Assembly: GCA_964016885.1 (NCBI GenBank)
Contig: OZ024740.1
Location: forward strand, 257,734,001 to 257,798,000
From: Eledone cirrhosa
Taxonomy: Eukaryota
DNA length: 64,000 nt
Direction of reading: 5' to 3'
The translations under genes were made by a program, and so were the position numbers. Numbering within the stretch: position 1 is the first letter of the stretch; every line of letters starts with the position of its first letter. Shown here in pieces: positions 51,385 to 64,000 of the stretch. Under the pieces are notes generated by a model. That model searched no databases. It had not been told where the DNA came from and saw only the letters and a program-made list of their open reading frames with translations.

Positions 51385-51821
51385 GCGTGTGTAAACCTTA
51401 TGCATTTCTGCAGTATTTTCACCAAACTTAAGACATAGATTACTTATGTACTGCGGATGGTCATGGGCACTTTCATTTTTCCAGATATGATTATAGGACC
51501 TCCCGGCAGATGACCCCCTTTAACCATTTCCTTGGAGTCGACTGAAGCACTGCAGTGCAATGCAACAAAACGTTATAACTTCTGGAGTTCACAACCGATT
51601 TTCACAAAACTTGACACATGAGGTACGTTTGTTCTACAGATGAATGTGAACTCTCAGAATTGGCATATATAGACTAGGGGACCCCTGGGGGCAGGAATCC
51701 CCTTTTGGAAAAAGCCGATGATTTTGTAAAAGTATAGTTTTCGAAGCAGCACTGAGTATTGATATAAATGGTATACATAACTGTTATTTAATACCCGAGC
51801 AACGCCGGGTACCTCTGCTAG
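51385..51821 (+). mobile_element. Helitron 3' portion
   Basis: Ends ACCCGAGCAACGCCGGGT-ACCTCTG-CTAG|T, a subterminal hairpin followed by CTAG. Confidence 0.8.
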
Positions 51822-51954
51822 TACATTATAAAACTCCTTAAAAAAAAAAAAAGAATCGTTCCTCTCATTTTCTTCAATAATGTCAATTTGACGTCTCGAA
51901 GAAGAAAAAAAAAGAAAAACAGATCTTTAAATACATTTTCCGCGTTATTTCCAA

Positions 51955-52051
<97 letters not shown>

Positions 52052-52165
52052 CTCTCTCTCTATCTCTCTCTCTCTCTCCCCCCTCTCTTTCTCTCTGTAT
52101 ATATATATATATATATACAGACATATATATGTGCATATGTACATATACATATATGTATGTACGTG

Positions 52166-52218
<53 letters not shown>

Positions 52219-52220
<2 letters not shown>

Positions 52221-54420
52221 CCTCGTCCACACCGCTCTCACACGCGCCTGTGCAGTCCACCGCTCTACCGCCCTCACTCCATGCCACCGCACACCCACTC
52301 ACCGTCTCCCCTTCCCCATCACCTACCACTCCACCACCCTACCCCTCTAACGCACCATCCTCCGCCTCTACCGACGCCTCCAATCCGACACCTTCCCCTC
52401 CCCCATCTTCATACCCCCCCCCTCCTTCAAACGCGCACGCAATCTCCGCACCCTCGTCGTCCTCAGCTCCCTACCCCCAACCAACGCTCTTCTCCCCCCC
52501 CCCCGGTTCACTTCCCTGCTCCAGGTCTCGTTGCCTCCCCTGCCCCCACATCATCAACACCACCACCTTCCATGGACCCAACAGCCACTCTCTCTATGTC
52601 CGGCACGCTTTGCGCTGCACCTCCTCCAACCTAGCCTATGGACTTCGCTGCACGGAGGGCAGCGCAACCTACGTCTGACAGACTGGACGTCGCCTGGCGG
52701 ACCGTTTCTCGGAACACCCCCGGGATATTCGTCTCGGCGGGAGTTCTCCGATCGCCCGCCACTTTTGCTCCCCTGGACATTCCGCCCACCACCTCACAGT
52801 CTGTGGCCTACCCCAATGCCATGGAACACCCGCCATCCGCCTCACGGTCGAACAATTCACCATCTTCACCCTACAGACCCACACACACCCCGGCCTGAAC
52901 TCCCCAAGCCTATTCCTTCAGCCTTCGACCGCCGACCATTCCCCACTAACACCACTAACACACTCCTCCTTTTCACCGCCCCACCCCCTTGGCCTATCCC
53001 ACAACTAACAATACTAACACACCCCGGCCCTCCCCGAACTAACAATATTAACATCCCCCTCCCCCTAACACGCACACACCCACCTGAACATATATACACG
53101 CATTCACACTATCCACTCACCCTACTACCACCACTAACCCTCACCTACACATCCACTCTGACCACCCCCACAACTAACATCACTAACCTACCCCCGACCC
53201 CACGCACACGAACACACACCATCACACACACACACACCCACAGCTATGTACACCACCCACTCCACATCCCAACCACCACTAACCCCCACTCACACACCCG
53301 CTTTCAACCCTTTCCCCACTACATGTAATACTAACACCCATTAACACCCCCCTTTACCACACACACACTCATCCAAACACGCACACACACACCAGTACAC
53401 TACACTCCCTCCTACTTCCCCAACACCTTTTCTCTCCCTCTCCATCTCCCCCTCCACCTACACCCTATTCACACACACACATCCCACTAATACCTCTACT
53501 AATATCTACCGCATCCTCCAACATCACCACCTTCCTCCTCCACCGCACCTCCGCACACACAAGCAGACGCACCGTCCTCACCACACTGACCGTTTATCCA
53601 CCTGTCATCCTCCTCTACTGCTATCTCTTCACCCTGCCTGACCCTTCACCACTTCCTGTTGCACGCGCACCCCACTTCCCTCCACTTCCGACCACCACAA
53701 ACATTGGATTCTACACCACCGGTCATCGTTCCAGCCATCCACTCCATAACATGAAAAATATCCAGCAACTCTTCGCACACTCCACGAAACTACCCTAGGA
53801 ATGTACCCACGAACATACACTCAAATTTCTTTTGCACCACGCCACCTACATCTACACCACGTATAAACACAAACACACACGTGCGTACCCCCATATATTC
53901 ACACTCAGCCTCCGGAATCCACACGCCCCTTCCCCCACTCCCTGACACCTCTCCTTCTACACGGACGCACACACCGACTTACACCGCACCCCACGCACAC
54001 ACCTTTTCATGAACATGGAACCTCGTTCTTCTCCCAACTCTCACATTCATATACACACGCACGGACACACACCTACACCTACACACATACACAAACACCA
54101 CCTTCAGCCTTCCCCGCTTCAACCCCCCGCCTCCCTCTCCCAACTCCAACCGCCGCCACCCTTACACGCCTCACACCCTTCCACCACTTGTTCATTTTAT
54201 TGTTTATTTTTATGTTTATTTTTATGTTTATTTTTATTTTTATTTGTTCTCCTTCCCACTTTTTTCGAAATGTCTTTCCACCCCTCCTCTACACACCCTC
54301 GGAATTTTCTTCCTACCCAATTTTCTCCTGAAGAAGGGCTTATGCTCGGAACGTCATTCTCCACCCCCCACTCTCAAGCGCGTGAACCTAATAAACCTTT
54401 ATTTGTATGATTCTCTGTGT
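52219..54420 (+). mobile_element. PLE 3' fragment (GIY-YIG 52540-52905), same family as 9700-12697, with a degenerate hammerhead at 54325-54358
   Basis: [38 protein letters not shown] remnant CTGAAGA-A-GGGC TTAT GCTC-GGAA-CG-TC. Confidence 0.88.
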
Positions 54421-54450
54421 TTGTTCCCGTTCAAATTTTCCACTATACTC

Positions 54451-54492
<42 letters not shown>

Positions 54493-54992
54493 AGCACTCT
54501 TATTCGATATGTGTTTTTTGCCACACTTTTCCGAATATTTTTTTGCGGATATAAAGGTTATCTCCCTTGCTGAAATCCATGTGCGTATTTTTAGCATGGG
54601 TCTTGTCTTTCTATCCATTCGGACGAAGCTCGTTGATAAAGTAACTCCAGTCCCCCGGCATCTGTAAGTCTTATATTTTTATATGAGCTGATAGATGACG
54701 GTTTAAGGATTTACAGAAACCCAAGAAGCTAGATATTCCATCTCTCTAGTGGGTCCGGGTATGCATTTTACATTCATTTCATTTATTGATTTATTGATAA
54801 TTTATCTGAGTGTCCCGAATCTTCCATATCGAACTTATCGGTTATTTGGTTGATTGTAGACATATTCTACGTGTGACGGTATTTAACGATAGTTATAGCT
54901 CTAATTTATTTGAATTATAGAGCCCTCTGCCGCTCATCTCGAATTTTGTTTATCGTGAACTCGTGCGCCGATTTTTCGATACTCGATTATTC

Positions 54993-55033
<41 letters not shown>

Positions 55034-55666
55034 CATATGTGTATCTGTGTGTGTGTGTGTGTGTGTGTATTGTCTGCGATTGACTCGTAGCCTACCGGTT
55101 CAGCAAAAGGTGTTCGGTAAAATATATACAAAATTTAGAAATTTAAGCAATGAGATCGATGTTATCTTATAAATCCATTCAGTGCCTCCAGCATGCATGC
55201 AATGGTCCCGTAACTCTTGAACCAGCCGTAGGAACAATTATAAACCTGGTGGATCCCATCCCTCACCAGGTATGAATACAGCCTATTTCTTTCAGTGAAG
55301 GATAAAAAGTAAATTTGACTTCGTTGAGATTTGAAATCAGAGAGCAGAGAGCTGAAATCTAAATAGACAAATACACTATATACTTACAATATATAATATA
55401 TAATATATAGTGATGTTATATAAATAGACATGGTATTTAGGGTCTGCATAGTTATACATATGTAAATAAACAGAATTTAACCTATAATTATCTACGCATA
55501 TAAAAATATAGTGTATAGAATCTCTTCGTTGATGTCGGTAAACAAATGAAATATATTGTTCAAAAATATATGTAAATAGAGAAAATATTAGAAAGTGTTT
55601 ACACACACAAAGATATGTATACATATATATATTTACATACATACACATAGACACACAGATACACAA

Positions 55667-55704
<38 letters not shown>

Positions 55705-56954
55705 ACACACACACATATATATATATGAATTGAAAGGGACAAGGTGCTGCGTGGTTACTAATAACGAGTGTTTAGAAAGTAAAGGAACACACAAACATAG
55801 AGATAGACAGTTCCCCTCATCAGTTGTCTGCTGCGGGTCTCAGAGGTTTCGGCGCATTAAAGACACACATCTCACCAGAGTGCGATAACAACCTAGAAAG
55901 TTTTTAAGGAAAGAAATGACGGAAAGGGGATGGCGAAGAGAAAGAAAAAAACAGAAGAGAAAAAAAACGCCGAAAATGTGGGGGAAACACTGGACAGTGG
56001 AGCATCTATGTACAGTAACCAAGGGAAGATAGGACGCAGTTAAAGAAGGCAGCTAGGTTTAAGCCCACATATACATGAATATATATCTAATATATATTTG
56101 TGAAATGGGCGGTGGTTGAAATTCAGATGTGCACGGTTAAATGGTAGTAGACGTGGTCGGACTGACATGAAAATTTACACACCTATGTAAAAAGTGCCAA
56201 GGAAGCAAATAGACGAGGTTTCAAATCTTTAACTTAAAAAATATGGTCCTTGGGGCCCCAAAACTATCACGTTCGGTCAGTTATTTCCCCCTGTTCTAAT
56301 ACTTTTGTCTAAAAAAACATATCAAAGACAACGTTATTTCGCTGTTAATAAACTTTTGGCTACTACGGTACGTTTCATTTTCATTTTTAAAATACAATTG
56401 CTCAATATTAAATTTAAATAATTCTAAAACGATCATACAGTATTGTTTTATGAAATCGATTCTGCAGTTTTAAGAAATGCCAAAACGAAAAAGGTAACTG
56501 TTTTCTAACAAAAGAAATAAAACCCTTACATTGCGAACCCCCTGTTCTAACACTGGGGTTAGTTATTTCCCCCTCTTCTAATAAATATCTAATATATAGA
56601 GGCGCCTCTTGCTGACCAGGGCAATGAAAGTGTAAACTATCATACAGTACCGTTTTATGAAATCAATTCTGCGGTACCATTTTACGAAATGCCAAACCGA
56701 AAATAGTCACTGTTTTCCATCAAAAGAAATAAAATCCTTAAATTGCGAAGAAGGGAGTCATGTTCTCAAGTACGTTTTTTCAGATATCATTTTCATTTTA
56801 TTTCTAATACATGTTAACCACCACTAACAGTAAGTAGTATTTTTCAATTCATTGTCTTATTTAAAATAACATATCAAAGACAACGTTATTTCACTGTTAA
56901 TAAACTTTTGGCTGCTACAAGCTTCCATGGTTACAGAGAAAATCGATGAAACAG

Positions 56955-57870
56955 GAATTCAGATTGATTTCAAATTGAACTGAGAGTAATCTGTGAACGC
57001 AGAAGTAAATATTTCGAGAAACATTGTCACCGAACGAAAACAGGAAGACGATATTTTGGTTCGTGATGACGTTCCCTGGCAATGCACAGGAAAAAGCGAG
57101 AATAATACATCGTTATGTGGAGCGTGAAGAACAATTTCATGCAAAGAAAAGACAAAGTTTATGGTATAAATGAAGTCGTTAGACTAATATTCTATTTTAA
57201 AATAACAGAATGATTTCCAGCCCCGGAGTTTAAGAATGATGTAAATAAAATTGAAAACGAAAATGACAGAGGTTATTAAAATAGTAAAAGTAAATAGTGA
57301 AGATTTAGGCCAGTACATACGTATACCCCGACGGACATACACATACATACGCACACACAAATACACACACACACGCGCGCACACGCACACGCACACGCAC
57401 ACACACACACACGAACGCATGCGCGTATGTATAAACCTTATGCATTTCTACAGTATTTTCACCAAACTTAAGACATAGGTTACTTATGTACTCCGGATGG
57501 TCATGGGCACTTTCATTTTTCCAGATATTGATTATAGGGCCTCCTGGCAGATAACCCCTTTAAGCACTTTAACCACTTCCTTGGAGTCTACTGAAGCACT
57601 GCAGTGCAATGCAACAAAACGTCATAACTTCTGGAGTTCGCAACCGATTTTCACAAAACTGGACACATGGGCTATGTTTGTCCTACAGCTGAATGTGAAC
57701 TCTCAGAATTGGCACATATTGGGTAGGGTACCCCTGGGAGCAGGAATCCCCTTTTGGAAAAAGCGGATAATTTTGTAAAAGTATAGTTTTCGAAGCAGCA
57801 CTGAAGTATTGACATAAAAGGTATACACAACTGGTATTTAATATCCGAGCAACGCCGGGTACCTCTGCTA

Positions 57871-57871
<1 letters not shown>
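56955..57871 (+). mobile_element. Second copy of the repeat plus Helitron 3' end composite (paralog of 50820-51821)
   Basis: Colinear sequence ending CCGAGCAACGCCGGGTACCTCTGCTAG. Confidence 0.8.
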
Positions 57872-58723
<852 letters not shown>

Positions 58724-58790
58724 CAAAATGTTATCGCTCTACATGGCTGAATATAATAAATGTAATCTGACTTTTTTGAATATTAGTAAT

Positions 58791-58960
58791 TATTTCTACG
58801 TTAGGCACCAGGCCAGCAATTACCCAGTGCATTACTGGTACTTTATCTTATCGACCCCGTAAGGATGAAAGGCAAAGTTAACCTCGACGGGATTTGAACT
58901 CAGAATGGCAAGGGCCGTAACTCTATACGTCAAAGCATGACGTCCGACCCTCTACGAATA
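58791..58960 (-). mobile_element. SINE inserted in the left arm of a hairpin element (58761-59111)
   Basis: SINE core and B-box. Outer arms are TGTAATCTGA.TTTTT.GAATATTA and TAATATTCGAAAAACTCAGATTACA. Confidence 0.8.
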
Positions 58961-59769
58961 CTTCGATTCGTCTGCAATTATGCAAACACGAATTTTTAAG
59001 CCGTGTCAGTAGAATGAGCCCCTCATTCTGAAATGGCTTAAAAGAGGCTTGTTTGCATAATTGCAAATAAATCTAATATTATTATTAATATTCGAAAAAC
59101 TCAGATTACATTACATATATATACACATATATACATATATATACGTGAGTATGTGTGTGTGACTGTATGCATATATATTCATAATAGATACTATTTTCTG
59201 TCTTAATATATGCAAACAAGTGAACATATAGCCTATACATTATCTACGTAGATATGTATAATAAGATAAGATATGAAGTATCTACACATACTTATTACAT
59301 AGAACACTCAAGATGTATCTATATATAGAAACCAACAGAATATATAATTTTAGATAGATGTACACGACGAAATACGTCACATTTATGTATATACAAACCC
59401 ACAAACACACACACACATATATATATTTATATAAATGTGTATACATACATATATATATTTATTTATACAGAGATGTGTAACATCCTGAGCGCGGCGCCAA
59501 GCGGTTTCGGCTTGTCTGTTCAGCAACCCCTTTTCAAGGGCGTAGTAATATCTATTGGGTATTACAAAATAGATAATTGGCCTTGGTAATGTTTTAATTG
59601 AGTCTATCAAACTTGTAGACTGGTCAGATGCAGGAAATAGGGGGGGGGGGGGGTCAGGCAGCGGTAAGTATATCCTGACAGGCATGGGGTCAGGAGAAAG
59701 AAGTAATGTGGGTGGGGATAGGGGTGGTTAGTGGGTAGGAGTAGAGTAGAAGGGGCATAAAGGCCTAAG

Positions 59770-61327
59770 AGGTATAGAAGTGAAAAATTAGCAGTAAAAT
59801 CTGGGTTATATAAAAGTGAAGAATTAACAGTAAAATGTGGGTTATATAAAAGTGAAGAATTAACAGTTAAATATGGGGTATGTAGAAGTGAAGAATTAAC
59901 AGTAAAATGTGAGTTATATAGAAGTGAAGAATTAACAGTAAAAAGTGGGTTATATACAAGGGAAGAATTAACAGTAAAATGAGAGTGATATACAAGGGAA
60001 GAATTAACAGTAAAATGTGAGTTATATACAAGGGAAGAATTAACAGTAAAATGTGGGTTATATACAAGGGAAGAATTAACAGTAAAATGTGAGTTATATA
60101 CAAGGGAAGAATTAACAGTAAAATGTGAGTTATATACAAGGGAAGAATTAACAGTAAAATGTGGGTTATATACAAGGGAAGAATTAACAGTAAAATGTGA
60201 GTTATATACAAGGGAAGAATTAACAGTAAAATGTGGGTTATATACAAGGGAAGAATTAACAGTAAAATGTGAGTTATATACAAGGGAAGAATTAACAGTA
60301 AAAAGTGGGTTATATAGAAGTGAAGAATTAACAGTAAAAAGTGGGTTATATACAAGGGAAGAATTAACAGTAAAATGTGAGTTATATACAAGGGAAGAAT
60401 TAACAGTAAAATGTGGGTTATATACAAGGGAAGAATTAACAGTAAAATGTGAGTTAGATACAAGGGAAGAATTAACAGTAAAACGTTGGGTTATATAGAA
60501 GTGAAGAATTAACAGTAAAAAGTGGGTTATATAAAAGTGAAGAATTAACAGTTAAATATGGGTTATGTAGAAGTGAAAAATTAACAGTAAAATGTGAGTT
60601 ATATAGAAGTGAAGAATTAACAGTAAAATGTGGGTTATATAGAAGTGAAGAATTAACAGTAAAAAGTGGGTTATATACAAGGGAAGAATTAACAGTAAAA
60701 TGTGAGTTATATACAAGGGAAGAATTAACAGTAAAATGTGGGTTATATACAAGGGAAGAATTAACAGTAAAATGTGAGTTAGATACAAGGGAAGAATTAA
60801 CAGTAAAAAGTGGGTTATATAGAAGTGAAGAATTAACAGTAAAAAGTGGGTTATATAAAAGTGAAGAATTAACAGTTAAATATGGGTTATGTAGAAGTGA
60901 AGAATTAACAGTAAAATGTGAGTTATATAGAAGTGAAGAATTAACAGTAAAATGTGGGTTATATAGAAGTGAAGAATTAACAGTAAAATGTGGGTTATAT
61001 AGAAGTGAAGAATTAACAGTAAAAAGTGGGTTATATCCCAGGGAAGAATTAACAGTAAAATGTGGGTTATATACAAGGGAAGAATTAACAGTAAAATGTG
61101 GGTTATATAGAAGTGAAGAATTAACGGTAAAATATGGGTTATATACAAGGGAAGAATTAACAGTAAAAAGTGGGTTATATACAAGGGAAGAATTAACAGT
61201 AAAAAGTGGGTTATATACCAGAGAAGAATTAACAGTGAAAAGTGGGTTATATACCAGGGAAGAATTAACAGTAAAATCAGGTTATATACAAGGGAAGAAT
61301 TAACAGTAAAATGTAGGTTATATACAA
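59770..61327. repeat. 36-bp minisatellite, about 43 copies (AAGAATTAACAGTAAAATGTGGGTTATATACAAGGG)
   Basis: Directly visible. The ORF track shows the matching 12-aa periodicity THILLLILPLYI. Confidence 0.95.
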
Positions 61328-62309
61328 GTAAATTAGGGGATGATAAATCAAGTAGTTAATGGGAGCAAATAAGTTCGGGTAACATATAAGGGTTTTAAAA
61401 TAGCTAGAGTGGATTATATGGTGACGAAGTGTATTTACTATATATATGCATATTGCATACATAGTGGCGAACAAAATAAAATACTGGGGAGTTATAGAAG
61501 GTTTTGCATGAAAATACACGAATAAAAGTGTCAGATATTACTTTAATTGGAGGAGTGTGGCGAAGTGAAAATTTAGATAGCAGATAAATGAGGAGGCGGA
61601 GATACACACACAGGCACAGGCGCTTCGTGTGTGCACACATAGATACCCGTGCATATAAAAACATGCACAAAACAGCACAAGCGCGTTCACCTACCCGCAA
61701 GTGCGCATGCATGCACAGTCACGTGCAGAAACATATATATATAATCATAAAACTTCTCAGATGCACATCCGTACACCGTCACACTTCCGCACACATATGT
61801 CCATGTATGTCCCCAGGGGAAGAGGGGTTGGTGGAACTATCTGCGCCCATGCTCCTACATAGGCTAATATATGTCCAAATGAAGAGGGGGGTCGAATTAT
61901 CTGCGCACATGCACCTACATGTAACATAATCGTGCACGTACACACGCACTAATACATTCATATACACAAACAATAACCAGCGAAGAAGCAGTTTAAATCT
62001 CTCGTCACACATACAGATGGGAAGTAAAAAAGTAAACTTGCAGTTGAGTAATGATAGGTTGGTGGTACAAGGTGTGGATGAGAGAGAAGTGTGTGGGTCT
62101 GTGGCCTTTACAGGTGGGTTCTTTGGGGAAGTACGGATGTTTGACAGGTGTGTTGGTGGGGCTTGGTCCACCGACAGGTGTGTTGGTGGGGCTTGGTCCA
62201 TCTACATGTCACTGCACAGGCATGGATACCGAGTTGTTTAGGCGCCTGTGCTTGATGATTCTGAGTCACTAGCCTCCTGGGTGTTTTGTCAATTTGAGGC
62301 ATAGGTATG

Positions 62310-62845
62310 AATTTTGTATGCGGTGTAAACATTTGGTGACTAGTTCAGATATTTTATTTAATTGTGTATTTTTGACGAGCAGTATACGAAGTACTTCGGC
62401 CGAGCATAAGGTACAGTGACCTCCTCCCCCCTGGTAATGGTAGCCCAGCGTAGTTGGTAGGGTATTCCCTTTTCGCGTAACTGACAGAGGTGCCTGGAGG
62501 GGCTTGTTATGTACTTACGTTTTGGGTGTCGGAAGAAATATTTGTGTTGCGTAAATCAGGATTTGAAGGTGAAATCCGTTACACCGATGTGTGTTTTTCT
62601 CTGCGTACTGGTGGTGACCACGCATTTGTAAACTGCATCGGAGGCGGCAGGTGCAGTATTGTTCTATGGTCGGGTTGAATGGACCATGGGATCTGTGTCT
62701 GCTGATACAAAGATACTTTGTGCTGTATTTGGTGTTTTTATTGAAAATGCTGTGGTATCGGTGCTGCGGTGGGAAGTGCCTACGAGGTGCCTTCTTCATT
62801 TCGAAGAAGATCCGAGTGAGAGGTGTTGCCACTTGAAAGGGTACA
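62310..62845 (-). pseudogene. PLE (Naiad-like) linker and GIY-YIG, decayed
   Basis: RHFPPQHRYHSIFNKNT, YCTCR, AVYKC..THIGVT..FKS and SELVTKCLHR. Probable 3' hammerhead remnant at 59494-59543. Confidence 0.8.
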
Positions 62846-63427
62846 AAGGAGGAAAGATAAGTGGAAAATAGGAATTAGGAAGAAAATAATAGAAAAAATA
62901 TGTGAAAAATGTGTGAGTGAGATTTTCACATATTATTTCCTTCATTTTCTTTATAATTCATTTTTTCCGTTTATATATATATACATAAATAAAATTAATT
63001 TTCGCTCTTAACGTGGTGTATACCCGAATGTATTCCTGAGTGAATAATTAAAATAATATCATAAAATTATTAATATTCGGTTTGTTTACAAGTAAGCAGC
63101 CTCATAAAGCACCACGTGCTAGATGACAACGCCATCCATTTGTTCCAGCGGTAGCTGAGAGTAAACAATCGACAACTGACAATTGTTTTAGAATGTCTTA
63201 CTCCTTGTCAAGATTATGTATTCTGATCGTTACTGCAACTCACTGGAACTGCTGAGTATGTCAGTATTCTCAAATATATACATCAGCTAATTAGCCTCAT
63301 TTGCATACCCAGCGGATCTTTTACGTATCGAGCGAAATTTTACCGAAAACTAATAATACAAAATTCGTTTTCGCTCTTAACGTGTTGGCTACCAAACTGT
63401 ATTGGTGAGTGAATACTAATATTATAA

Positions 63428-63806
63428 TTGTTTCTACTTTTGGCACAAGGCCAGCAAATTACCCAGTACATATACTGGTACTTTATTGAATCGACCCTGT
63501 AAGGATGAAAGGCAAAGTTAACCTCGGCGGGATTTGAACTCAGACCCCGCCGAGGTTAACTTTGCCTTTCATTCTTAGTGAACACTAATAATATGATGAC
63601 ATTATAATATTATTATTAGGGCGGTGAACTGGCAGTATCGGTAGAGTGTTGGACGCCATGCTTTCTAGCATAGTTACATCCCTATACAGTCTGAGTTCAA
63701 ATCCCGTCGAGGTTAACTTTGCCTTTCATCCTTACGGGGTCGATAAATAAAAGTACCAGTAATGTACTTGGTAATTGCTGGCCTTGTGCCAAATGTAGAA
63801 ACAATT
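63428..63806. mobile_element. Inverted SINE pair: truncated minus copy with fold-back (63428-63572) and full plus copy (63618-63806)
   Basis: Both show the SINE core and tail. The flanks ATTATAATTGTTTCTAC and GTAGAAACAATTATAAT are inverted. Confidence 0.85.
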
Positions 63807-64000
63807 ATAATATTATTATTGACTCCCCAATATATGTATACATTACTGACTTGCATGTTACGCAATTTGTAGTGTAGCTTCCGTGTTCCCAGAAACATTA
63901 TCGAAGATATATATCGATTAATATCTAATATCTATCGATAGGTCCAGGTTCGTCTTTAACTTGTCTGTATTTTCGTTGTTGTAGTATTAAAGTGGAAACA

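Noticed and set aside
59770-61327. 36-bp repeats as a CRISPR array or a repeat protein
   Set aside because: The units are contiguous with no unique spacers, there are no cas genes, the context is eukaryotic, and the ORFs are by-products of the repeat.

Overview
AT-rich, microsatellite-saturated eukaryotic (animal) DNA with no recognisable intact host gene, no rRNA or tRNA gene and no CRISPR array. The tRNA-derived SINE resembles octopod SINEs as I recall them; this taxon guess is unverified. The window is mostly transposon remnants: at least 7 Penelope-like element (PLE) fragments (RT and GIY-YIG), a Helitron PIF1-helicase pseudogene plus non-autonomous Helitrons, a deleted Gypsy element, a CR1-type LINE, an hAT-like transposase, RTE and CRE 3' scraps, about 10 SINE copies and a 36-bp minisatellite. 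The main signal not visible in the ORF track is more than 20 type-I hammerhead ribozyme (HHR) motifs, read by eye, from many unrelated families. Several families carry the U3-A8 core (UUGAnAA) in place of C3-G8, some have very long stem II insertions, and one set shows covarying stem II. Some HHRs lie in ORF-less 520-590 bp tandem monomers that look like retrozymes. Many elements also carry fold-back inverted duplications. All folds and alignments were done manually, so coordinates may be off by a few bases and ribozyme activity is untested.
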